Below are positions 11,207 to 22,380 of a DNA stretch of 64,000 bases, piece after piece. Every line of letters starts with the position of its first letter. Within the stretch, counting starts at the first letter, position 1. This DNA is from Macrostomum lignano (lineage: Eukaryota): NCBI GenBank assembly GCA_002269645.1, contig NIVC01000094.1, positions 682,001 to 746,000 on the forward strand. Direction: 5' to 3'. The notes under the pieces are model-generated. The model did no database searches and was not told where the DNA came from. It worked only from the letters and a program-made list of their open reading frames with translations. A program made the translations under genes and the position numbers.

Positions 11207-13505
11207 ATGAATTATTTGCCTGTTAGAGTTAAAGCAGCAGCGTCTCTGCAATGTTTGAACTCCCTTAGCACCTTTTTAACTTCAATATTGTTATTAGTTT
11301 TATGCCTAGTAGCAAATTCATATGGTAAGTAACTAGCCCCAGGCTTATTAATTTATTTTCCTTTTTGACTTTAGGCTTAACATAGTAGTCTATGTCTATG
11401 CCTCATTTTTAGAACTTTCTGACACATGATTAGAGCAAACTGTTGGTATAAGCAATTTATTGGTATCGAATATAGAATATCTAGAAGGAAAGGAGGCAGC
11501 AGGCCTATTTAACTAGGAAGGGGGGCCGATAGGCAAGTTGCTCAAGAAAGAGGCTATACATCATTGGGAGAAAGGGAAGGGGCTGCATGCCTCTAACTAG
11601 GGCCTATACAACTGCTATTAGGGAAGAATGCCTTCAAATAAATAATAGTGATAACTGAGCTATTTTTAGAACAAATGTCTAATTTAGACAGATAGCTTGG
11701 AAGCATACAAGCAAGTTGCTTCTGTACCGTGTATTTTTGCTTGTATATATAATATTTTCTGGCTTAATGGCATAAGTATTTAAACAAATTTTTAGTATCA
11801 AAATGTTATCTAGAAATAGACAAATAATAATCAATTGTACTATGTTTTTTAAGAAAACAATTAGGCCTATACAATTTTGTTTTACAAAAAATAAATTGTA
11901 TACAAATTTACAAGTTTTTAAGTTTTTAAGGTAAATTTACAAGTATTCTTGATAAGGCATTAATCAAGTAATCAAGTTACTGCTATAATTACCTAGCTAG
12001 CTATAGTACTTGTAGTTTTTTTGTTTTATTTTGTTTAAAATTTGTATTTGAGTACAAAAAACAATTTATTAATCTTTATTTTATTTATTTAGTCATTTTT
12101 TGTACAAGAAGGCCAAGTGAAGCAATAGCAATTTTTGTAGTAATTTCTTGTAAAATATATATGCTTTACCTTCTTTTAGTAGCTATCTCTATGCCTTATT
12201 ACATTGCCTTAAAAACTTGTAAATTTATATACAATTTATTTTTTGTAAAACAAACTTGTATAGGCCTAATTGTTTTCTTAAAAAACATAGTACAATTAAT
12301 TATTATTTGTCTATTTCTAGATAACATTTTGATACTAAAATTTGTTTAAATACTTATGCCATTAAGCCAGAAAATATTATATATACAAGCAAAAATATAT
12401 GGTACAGAAGCAACCTGCTTGCATTGCTTGCTTGCTTACATTTGGTCTAAAAATAGCTTAGTTATCACTGTTCTTTATTTGAAGGCATTCTTCCATAATC
12501 AGATGTACATGATGAAGCAGGCGCCTTGGAATGTGTGGCTTAATACCTCATTTCTAGCCATAAAGGAAAAATATTTAAAAGACATATTTTATAGTTGGAA
12601 TTTTGTGTAAACTGGCCATATTGCAAAAGCAAGATCATGACCTTTAACTTTCTGTCCAACACAGGCAAAGTGGAGAGCAACATTATTGTGAAAACTTGGC
12701 AGGCCAGCGCCAGCGAACATATCTACTGCGAAGTCCTTGAGCCCCAGGCGGTGGCCTACTTTTATCGATTATCGCCTGCCAAGGATTTTGGCACCCAGTT
12801 TGTGAGTCGATGCTTATAAATAAGCTTTTAATAAGCTGATTATGGCTATAATAATAGAGTTTCATAAATCTGGCCTTACTTGAGGGCCAACCCCCAAGGC
12901 ACAGATACAGGCACTGTTCAGTGTACACCTGCTGTACACCCCGTGCCTGCCAGAGGTCAACAGAATAGGATAAATTGCAGCCCTCATGTCAACTGTGGTA
13001 GTAATCCAAGTGTGCATTGACTGAACCCGTTCTCAGAACTTCACATTCTACTCAGCCAAGCTGGTGTTCAGCCACCCGGCCCACGGATGCAGCCAGCTGA
13101 GTAACGCCTATCAAGTCGGCAGCCGCATTGTGGCCATCGAGCGGGGCGGCTGCAGCTTCATGACCAAGGTGCTGGTTGCGCAGGAGGCTGGCGCACTGGC
13201 CGTGATCGTCTACGACAACGAGGCAGAGTCGGACGTGCACGTGTCCATGGTAGATGATGGCACCCATAGGGAAGTGGCACTTCCGGCCATGTTCATGTCC
13301 GGGAAGGATGGGTGAGTGTCTGGGTCACCACATCAGTGCCTCAAGAGTCAAGAATCCAGTCAGTAAGCTATCCTACTCCCGCAGACACACAATCAAGCAC
13401 ACCCTGGAGTCGCTCGGATATGGCTACGCTCTGGTGAACTTGCCAATGAATTTGACTACCAATCAGATGTACATGATGAAGCAGGCGCCTTGGAATGTGT
13501 GGTAG
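11207..13505 (+). CDS. PRADC1: Protease-associated domain-containing protein 1 (PRADC1-like, secreted PA-domain protein), about 216 aa
   Basis: Exons 11207-11324 (ATG, hydrophobic signal-like FLTSILLLVLCLVANS, donor GTAAGT), 12665-12801, 13037-13311 and 13385-13505 (TAG), with consistent phases 1/0/2. Motifs PAKDFG, IERGGCSFMTK, AVIVYDN, PAMFMSGKDG and terminal QAPWNVW match PRADC1 as I recall it (PAKDFG, VERGGCSF, QPPWTFW). Confidence 0.92.
11622..12494. repeat. Long inverted repeat (arms of about 290-300 bp, spacer about 285 bp) in PRADC1 intron 1
   Basis: 11622-11922 (GGAAGAATGCCTTCAAATA...CAAGTTTTTAAG) is the reverse complement, with scattered differences, of 12208-12494 (CTTAAAAACTTG...GAAGGCATTCTTCC). 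No TSD visible. Confidence 0.85.
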
Positions 13506-14465
13506 CGCTGGCACAAGCGTTCCTTATTGATTCTGTGCCAACCATCGATTAACCATTTTCTTCTGCCTGCACAAATTGTTAATGAGTTGGTTCTGTTCAT
13601 TGGAACAGTTTTAATTATAATTATTTTTCTTGCCTTTCCGACAACTTTTGTCTCTCTTTGATTTTTAAAGGCCCTAGGGTTTTTGGTGGTCTTCCTTGAG
13701 ACGTTTTCAAATCATAGTCTAGTCCGTAGACTTGCTTGCTCACTCTGCTGTCACGAAAAATGGATTCGGTTAAATTGGACAATTTAACGATTGATTACAA
13801 CGGTTGCTAAAATGTTTGCCGTGATTCCTTTTGTCTAAGAGTATACAGTGTATATGTATCTGAACTCGTATCTTTATTTCCTGGTTTGTCTCACTCAATT
13901 TTATCCCGCCATTATTTTTATTTTCTATCCGCAAATAAACAACTGAGTCACGGATGTCCAAATGAGATAAGGATTAGCGAGTCGATTTAAGACACGCTAT
14001 AAGAGTGGCTTGGCAAAATGACGGCGGCACAGTGGCTTTGTTTTATTTGTAACTTTTTTGAGTGCTAAGGAAGCATTTCATTTAATCAGAGACGTGCCAC
14101 ACAAATGCAGCGGCGTGCGCGTGTAAAAACTGAATTATTAATGACTGAATGACTGCTGGCAATGGCACTAACTCTACAGTGCAAGCTCTACTTCCAAAAA
14201 TAAGACTAACGTGTTATCGATATCGATACCTTGTTATACTGTGCTGTTAGTTGACACGTTCGAAACATTTCTAGGACGATTGCAGTTACCAGTTACCGCC
14301 GTATCTGTATTCTGTAGTAATCTCTTATGTACTGTACAGTCCCCTAGGGGGGGGGCAGTTAGCTAGTCTACATCCACTAAAACTGAAAATCCAAAATCAA
14401 CAGCACAAGCTAATGCCGACTAGCTGCATTCAATAAAAGAAAGTAAAGTTTTAATAGTTCGATCA

Positions 14466-17400
14466 TCAGAGTCTCAGTCTAGGCTTATTGAGAGCTGAAT
14501 CGAACAGGCCCATGGATTCCAGCACAATATTTCGGAGATCGTGAGGCTTAGTGGGAAAGTACAAGTTCATGAATATGGTATTGACGTGGCCGCCGTTAAC
14601 AACGCGACAGTGCATATCGGGCCAAAGCTCGGTGAGGGGAAACACGCCGTCCCTGGGAATGTATCCGTCGCCCAGGGCTTGCAGGCTGTAGATCGGGCCA
14701 ACCGGGGGCTCGAAGTTGCCCATATGGGTGAAGTAGTCCAGCAGACAGGTCACGAACTCGCGCACATCTTTCTCTTCGGCAGTGTCTGGTTGGTGCCGCT
14801 GCTGCCGGTGCTTGTTCTCCATGGCGTTCATCATCTGGATGTCGTCTTGAGTAGGGGTCTGATCATCCCGACTGCGCTGTCCAGACGCGAACAGGCCCAC
14901 GCCATAGTCGGAGATGGAGGTGTACACCGACCGGAGGCGTTCCAGACTGCCCAGTGAGCGAATGGAATCCGTGAGCCAGGCCGGGTTGGGGTCCACCTGA
15001 TGGCGGGCGGAGTAACGGCTCAGATTGGTTGAGACTAAATCGTTTCATTGGACCCCCAAAACGAATCAAATCGACAAGATAAAATCAATCGATCACAATA
15101 GTCAATGATCAGCTACCACCATGATCACCAGCTGCATTTTTTATCATAGCTACTGTTATGATTATGGTCATAGCTACTGTTATGATTATGGTCATAGCTA
15201 CTGTTATGATTATGGTCATAGCTACTGTTATGATTATGGCCATAGCTACTGTTATGATTATGGTCATAGCTACTGTTATGGTTATGGTCATAGCTACTGT
15301 TATGATTATGGTCATAGCTACTGTTATGATTATGGTCATAGCTACTGTTATGATTATGGTCATAGCTACTGTTATGGTTATGGTCATAGCTACTGTTATG
15401 ATTATGGTCATAGCTACTGTTATGGTTATGGTCATAGCTACTGTCATGATTATGGTCATAGCTACTGTTATGATTATGGTCATAGCTACTGTTATGATTA
15501 TGGTCATAGCTACTGTTATGATTATGGTCATAGCTACTGTTATGATTATGTCATAGCTACTGTTATGATTATGGTCATAGCTACTGTTATGGTTATGGTC
15601 ATAGCTACTGTTATGATTATGGTCATAGCTACTGTTATGGTTATGGTCATAGCTACTGTTATGATTACGGTCATAGCTACTGTTATGATTATGGTCATAG
15701 CTACTGTTATGATTATGGTCATAGCTACTGTTATGATTATGGTCATAGCTACTGTTATGATTATGGTCATAGCTACTGTTATGGTTATGGTCATAGCTAC
15801 TGTTATGATTATGGTCATAGCTACTGTTATGGTTATGGTCATAGCTACTGTTATGATTATGGTCATAGCTACTGTTATGATTATGGTAATAGCTACTGTT
15901 ATGATTATGGTCATAGCTACTGTTATGATTATGGTCATAAGCTACGAGCTAAAACTACAGTCATAGCCAGTCAAAGCGCTACAAACCCCATTGTCTCCCT
16001 TAGCAGCGGCCTGCAGCGGGTCGGCGAACGTGGCCGGCACCCGGTAGCGCGGCGGACAGCCCGAGTCCCGAATCAGCGGCCAGATCCTCTCGCGGAAGGC
16101 GGCGTCTCCGGCCAGCTGCTGACGGATCACCTCCCAGTCCAGCGAGTCGGAGAGGCTGCCGCGCACGTAGCACGGGCTGCTGGAGGTCCAGGACAGGCAG
16201 GGCACCAGCGGCAGAGGCCGATTGTAGACGCTGGCAGCCAGGGAGGCCATGAAGCCACCCAAGGAGACGCCGTGAAGGGCCAGCGGGCTGTAGCCGCGGT
16301 CCTCGAGCCAGCGCAGCAACAGCCAGCACTCCAGTATGAGCGAGCCGCCCATTAGAAACAGGTCGGACAGGTGCGGCAATGATGAGTACTTCTGACTTGC
16401 TGGCCGGCGCGGCTTATAGAACGGATTGACAAGCAGCAGGGAGCCGACGCCAAGGTAGGCCAGCCGCTGGGCGTGCAGCTGCTGCAGGGTGACGCTGTAA
16501 TCTCCGGTGCCGGCCAGGTGCAGCACCACCGGCGGCTGGCACGCCGGATCGCGCGATGCGGCGGTTCGCGGCAACCACATGGTGAAGCTGGGTGGGGGTG
16601 CGAAAGACGGGGAAATTGTTCGGATTGTCAATGAAAACAGGGTAATGACCCCAATGACCAGGGACAACAGGGTAATGACCCCAATGACCAGGGACAACAG
16701 GGTAATGACCCCAATGACCAGGGACAACAGGGTAATGACCCCAATGACCAGTGACAACAGATTAATGATCCTAATGGTTAAGGACAACATAGTAATGATC
16801 CTAATGGTTAAGGACAACAGGTTAATTTAATGACCTCAATGGTTAAGGACAACAGGGTAATGACTCCAATGACCAGGGACAACAGGGTAATGGCCCCAAT
16901 GACCAGGGACAACAGGGTAATGACCCCAATGGTCAAGGACAACAGGGTAATGATTCCAATGACCAGGGACAACAGGTTAATGACCCCAATGACCAGGGAC
17001 AACAGGATAATGACCCCAATGACCAGGGACAACAGATTAATTATCCTAATGGTTAAGGACAACAGAGTAATGACTCCAATGGTTAAGGACAACAGGATAA
17101 TGACCCCAATGGCCAAGGACAACAGGGTAATTATCCAATGGTCAAGAACAACAGGGTAATGACCCCAATGGTCAAGGACAACAGGATAATGACCCCAATG
17201 GTTGAGGACAACAGGGTAATGACCCATGCATGGCCAAGGACAACATGGTAATGACCCCAATGGCCAAGGACAACAGGGTAATGACCCCAATGGCCAAGGA
17301 CATGGTAATGACCCCAATGGCCAAGGACAACAGGATAATGACCCCAATGGCCAAGGACAACAGGATAATGACCCCAATGGCCAAGGACAACAGGATAATG

Positions 17401-18288
17401 ACCCCAATGGCCAAGGACAACAGGGTAATTATCCAATGGTCAAGAACAACAGGGTAATGACCCCAATGGTCAAGGACAACAGGATAATGACCCCAATGGT
17501 TGAGGACAACAGGATAATGACCCCAATGGCTAAGGACAACAGGATAATGACCCCAATGGCCAAGGACAACAGGGTAATGACCCCAATGGCCAAGGACATG
17601 GTAATGACCCCAATGGCCAAGGACAACAGGATAATGACCCCAATGGCCAAGGACAACAGGATAATTACCCCAATGGCCAAGGACAACAGGATAATGACCC
17701 CAATGGCCAAGGACAACAGGATAATGACCCCAATGGCTAAGGACAACAGGATAATGACCCCAATGGCTAAGGACAACAGGATAATGACCCCAGTGGCCAA
17801 GGCTGAATCAAGGTGAATTTCCCGAACTCCATCTACTCACTGGGCAGTTCGAGTCTCCACTGGCATGCAGCCGGGCATCATCTCGTCAAAGGGCGACTGA
17901 AAGCTGCCCTCTAACACGTTGAGCTTCTTGTCGTCGCTGACGTATTTCTGCAGTTGGCGGCAAAGTGATTCATTTATAAGCAGCCAGAACTCTCAGAGTC
18001 GGCCCGCCCCGCACTCACCCTGTTAATCTGAATGGGGTGGTGCCGGCCGTATTTATCAAGCAGCGATTTTCTGACAAAGTCCGGATCGCGAAAATATGGG
18101 AAATTGTTCACGAGGCTGAAACAGACAGACGGGACATTGTTCAAGGAAATTATTAAAAAAGAATCTTCTAAAAGCAACTGGTTCAAAAAATTATATTACC
18201 GCTCCAACAGTTGCGGACTTCCCAGACCGTTAGAAAAAATTTTGGGCAGACGCGTCATTTTAATAACCTGCCGATAAATCTTGTCCAT
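14466..18288 (-). CDS. ABHD18: Alpha/beta hydrolase domain-containing protein 18 (C4orf29-like), about 474 aa
   Basis: Minus-strand exons 18288-18200, 18115-18019, 17947-17841, 16587-~15987 (donor least certain) and 14996-14466 (TGA), with consistent phases. N-terminus MDKIYRQV...KIFSNGLGSP; HLAGTGD; LLLVNPFY; nucleophile elbow GVSLGG; PLVPCLSW; THMGNF...DGYIPR...WP...GGH. The Ser/Asp/His triad positions appear intact. Confidence 0.92.
15140..15945. repeat. 24-bp minisatellite GGTCATAGCTACTGTTATGATTAT in ABHD18 intron 4
   Basis: Direct reading. Confidence 0.95.
16635..17795. repeat. 30-bp minisatellite ATGACCCCAATGGCCAAGGACAACAGGGTA in ABHD18 intron 3
   Basis: Direct reading, with indel variants. 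Confidence 0.95.
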
Positions 18289-18798
18289 TCTTTTCCCGGC
18301 CATTTCCCAATCGCCGGTGGCCGGAAGCGGCGGCGTTCTAATTGTTCTGCAATTTGGTGATTGAGTCGGCGAATTACTCTACTGATAGTAGAAATTAGTG
18401 TTTTTTGTGCTAATTCTTTGTCCCAGACTGAAGTTGCAGCTACTAACAGTAGAAATGCAAGTAAACGACGCGCGAAATACGCTCTGAAGAGAGATTATTT
18501 AACTGAAAAGATTAGGCAGAAAGCTTGTAGATTAAGCGCCATCTGCACTGCTAATAAATGTATTTGAACTTTAACCTGTTGAACAGGGCACCAAAAATGC
18601 AACAAAACAAAAACACAGCGGAAAAACTTTTGTGACGGATCAAAAAGGATCCAAAAATTGGGTCTACTCTTAACTCTCTTAAAGACAAAACTGGAAACTG
18701 GAAACAATAAAGAAAACTCTTGAAACAGAACAACACGCCAGCACCAGAGACTGAATAGAATTAACAGTGTTGAGAAGATTCGATCTCTCAAGTCAGCG

Positions 18799-20298
18799 TC
18801 AGTGCAACGAGCGCTGGATCACGGCAGCCCGAATGAACTCCCGCATCTCCGGCTTGCCGCTCGCCCCACCCACCGCAGAGGTGGCGGCGGCTCCGCCCTC
18901 CGGCTCCGGCACATTCATCCGCCTGGCCAGCGCCTCCAGCCGCGTCACCCGCTCAGCCAGCCGCTCCTGTTCGCCTTTGCTGGTCTCCTGATGCACCCGA
19001 AGGCGCTCCGTCATCTGCGGGGTTTGAATAACAGCTACTTCAGTGCCCACAGCTACCTTCCCAGTGCCTTCAGTGCCCACAGCTACCTTCCCAGTGCCTT
19101 CAGTGCCCACAGCTACCTTCCCAGTGCCTTCAGTGCCCACAGCTACCTTCCCAGTGCCTTCAGTGCCCACAGCTACCTTCCCAGTGCCTTCAGTGCCCAC
19201 AGCTACCTTCCCAGTGCCTTCAGTGCCCACAGCTACCTTCCCAGTGCCTTCAGTGCCCACAGCTACCTTCCCAGTGCCTTCAGTGCCCACAGCTGCCCTC
19301 CCAGTGCCTTCAGTCCCCACAGCTACCCTCCCAGTGCCTTCAGTCCCCACAGCTACCTTCCCAGTGCCTACAGTGCCCACAGCAGCCCTCCCAGTGCCTT
19401 CAGTGCCCACAGCAGCCCTCCCAGTGCCTACAGTGCCCACAGCAGCCCTCCCAGTGCCTTCAGTGCCCACAGCTACCTTCCCAGTGCCTTCAGTGCCCAC
19501 AGCTGCCCTCCCAGTGCCTTCAGTGCCCACAGCTACCCTCCCAGTGCCTACAGTGCCCACAGCAGCCCTCCCAGTGCCTTCAGTGCCCACAGCTGCCCTC
19601 CCAGTGCCTACAGTGCCCACAGCAGCCCTCCCAGTGCCTTCAGTGCCCACAGCTACCCTCCCAGTGCCTACAGTGCCCACAGCTGCCCTCCCAGTGCCTA
19701 CAGTGCCCACAGCAGCCCTCCCAGTGCCTTCAGTGCCCACAGCAGCCCTCCCAGTGCCTTCAGTGCCCACAGCTACCTTCCCAGTGCCTTCAGTGCCCAC
19801 AGCTGCCCTCCCAGTGCCTTCAGTGCCCACAGCTACCTTCCCAGTGCCTTCAGTGCCCACAGCTGCCCTCCCAGTGCCTTCAGTGCCCACAGCTACCCTC
19901 CCAGTGCCTTCAGTCCCCACAGCTACCTTCCCAGTGCCTTCAGTGCCCACAGCTGCCCTCCCAGTGCCTACAGCTCCCAGCTCCCTCCCAGTCCAAGCGG
20001 TCACCTGACCCGCGTGCTGCTTGGCCATCTCGGTGGACCGCACCGCCAGCTCGGTAGCCCGCTCAAGCCTGGAAAGCTCGATGTCCGCCTTGCGAACGGC
20101 CTCCTCTAGCAGGTCGGCCTGGGCGCTGGCGGACGTGGCCCTGGCTCGGGCCTGACTGAGCTTCTGCTCCAAGGCGGAGACGAATTTCAGCTCGGTCTCT
20201 AAGCCGCGCTGGTATTTCTCCAGCTCGGCGCCCAGGCTGCCGATGGTGTCGATGAGGCCGTCCTCCAGATTTTGCTTGCTATTGCTGCTGCTGTCCAT
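18799..20298 (-). CDS. Uncharacterised two-exon coiled-coil protein, about 169 aa
   Basis: ATG at 20298; exon 20298-20005 (CAG|GTGACC), intron 20004-19015 (minisatellite-filled, ends CCGCAG), exon 19014-18799 (TGA). GC-rich codon usage like the neighbouring genes and a heptad-like Leu/Ala/Glu pattern. No family recognised. Confidence 0.65.
   Translation of the reverse strand: MDSSSNSKQNLEDGLIDTIGSLGAELEKYQRGLETELKFVSALEQKLSQARARATSASAQADLLEEAVRKADIELSRLERATELAVRSTEMAKQHAGQVTAWTGRELGAVGTGRAAVGTEGTGKVAVGTEGTGRVAVGTEGTGRAAVGTEGTGKVAVGTEGTGRAAVGTEGTGKVAVGTEGTGRAAVGTEGTGRAAVGTVGTGRAAVGTVGTGRVAVGTEGTGRAAVGTVGTGRAAVGTEGTGRAAVGTVGTGRVAVGTEGTGRAAVGTEGTGKVAVGTEGTGRAAVGTVGTGRAAVGTEGTGRAAVGTVGTGKVAVGTEGTGRVAVGTEGTGRAAVGTEGTGKVAVGTEGTGKVAVGTEGTGKVAVGTEGTGKVAVGTEGTGKVAVGTEGTGKVAVGTEGTGKVAVGTEGTGKVAVGTEVAVIQTPQMTERLRVHQETSKGEQERLAERVTRLEALARRMNVPEPEGGAAATSAVGGASGKPEMREFIRAAVIQRSLH
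19040..19985. repeat. 30-bp minisatellite CAGTGCCCACAGCTACCTTCCCAGTGCCTT in the intron of the coiled-coil gene
   Basis: Direct reading, about 31 copies. Confidence 0.95.
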
Positions 20299-20359
20299 GA
20301 TGGCTGATTTGCTGCCGGTTTCTGGCAATTCAGCAATTATCGAGTGAGTATTGCTATAC

Positions 20360-21005
20360 TAACGTGCTAAAGTACTAGCGTGCTAAAGTACTAGCGTACT
20401 AAATTACTAGCGTACTAAATTACTAGCGTACTAAAGTACTAGCGTACTAAAGTACTAGCGTACTAAAGTACTAGCGTACTAAAGTACTAGCGTACTAAAG
20501 TACTAGCGTACTAAAGTACTAGCGTACTAAAGTACTAGCGTACTAAAGTACTAGCGTACTAAAGTACTAGCGTACTAAAGTACTAGCGTACTAAAGTACT
20601 AGCGTACTAAAGTACTAGCGTACTAAAGTACTAGCGTACTAAAGTACTAGCGTACTAAAGTACTAGCGTACTAAAGTACTAGCGTACTAAAGTACTAGCG
20701 TACTAAAGTACTAGCGTACTAAAGTAGTAGGGTACTAAAGTACTAGCGTACTAGAGTACTAGCGTACTAAAGTACTAGCGTACTAAAGTACTAGCGTACT
20801 AAAGTACTAGCGTACTAAAGTACTAGCGTACTAAAGTACTAGCGTACTAAAGTAGTAGGGTACTAAAGTACTAGCGTACTAGAGTACTAGCGTACTAGAG
20901 TACTAACGGACTAACGCACTACCGTTCTAAAGTACTACCGTACTGACTAGAGTACTACCATACTAAAGTACTACCGGACTAAAGTACTACCGTATAAAAG
21001 TACTG
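20360..21005. repeat. 16-bp minisatellite TACTAGCGTACTAAAG
   Basis: Direct reading. Confidence 0.95.
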
Positions 21006-22380
21006 CGCGGTACGACTACAATTAAGCACTATCGAACTAAAGTAATAAAGTAATACAAAATTACTGCTTACTCGATAATTTAAAAAATGTGATGCGCACT
21101 AGTTGGTATGCTTTTATCCCATTTCTACTACGGATTTGAATCAATACATAATACAATTAATCAAATACAGAAGCGAATAAAAATTAGGAAACAAAACTCA
21201 TTCTGCTCTGTGATAGTTTTTAAGCAGTGTGCAGTTCTTTATAAATAATATAATTGGTAACAAGGAATATCAACTCGGCAATGTATAATAAGTTTGTAAT
21301 GGAATACAGCGCGTACATACACAGAAAACGCACACATTATTAAAGAGTAGAGTACGTATATGGCCACAAGCGCGTCAAGAGCTTGAGTTGCGGGTATAAA
21401 TATACATAAACTAAATTATCAAATAAAAACTCTAGCAAGCACTGCAGGCAATGCGTAACCAGTAATAAAGGCTGCAATTCCGTTTGAGATCAAGAACTAG
21501 ATTTTGTTATAAATTTAAGGCAAGCGGGAGATTACACTGCGGTTACAGTCAGACACAGAGACATGGACACCTGCTGGTGCATCAACAGACAGACAGAAAC
21601 CCAGATACTAAATTAGCCAGTCAGAGTCACCATAGCAACACACCATAAATAAAAATATTGAAGACAAATATAAAAATTTAGATTGCAACTTTGCTATATG
21701 CATAAATTTGATAACAAAAAGATACTAAATGACATAGAATTAGTTTTAGAAAGATTGCATTAGGTTTAAACACTGACTTGTGCTTGGAATTCCTAGCCAG
21801 ATAAATTATTGGAATGCCTGCTTCAATAAAATGAACTGCAAAAAGCATCAGATTATAAAATAGCGATGAGTCTGTCTGAAGTAGCCAGTTTTATTAAATA
21901 TTAAACTGTGTATTTTATTTTGAAAAATATGTATTTAATAGATTTAAAGCACATCGTGTACTTATTAAATAACGTTAACGGAAAATTTGTACTCACTAAA
22001 TGAAGCGACGAGAAGCCACGGACAAAAAAGAAATATTAAGACAGGAATGCAGCAGGAGAAGAAACGCAAAGCCAAATAAAAGCAAACGATGGCTGTTAGG
22101 GAAAAAAATGTGTGCGCATTGCGGAATCAGACAGACAGTTTTATGAGCAGACAGGTGAGAGAGAGAGACCGGCCATAAATTGCAATGAGTAACCATTTAA
22201 CGGTAAAGCCAGTCCGTACCAGCTATTTAGATAGAAACAGCCAACAAGGAGTCAGGACAGGAAAAACACAACTGTAGCACAAATAAGATGACGAGGCATC
22301 GCAACGGTACGGCTCGGTAACTCCTTGGCGCGATTACCCCCCCCCCCCCTGATGTGAATTCAGTGGGATTTGAAAGCGGG

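Noticed and set aside
15109-15966. (YGHSYCYD)n and (VIATVMIM)n ORFs
   Set aside because: They come from a 24-bp array inside ABHD18 intron 4; several frames are open and there is no independent gene structure.
16808-17816. (GQGQQDNDPN)n and (MTPMAKDNRI)n ORFs
   Set aside because: They come from a 30-bp array in ABHD18 intron 3 with frame-breaking indels.
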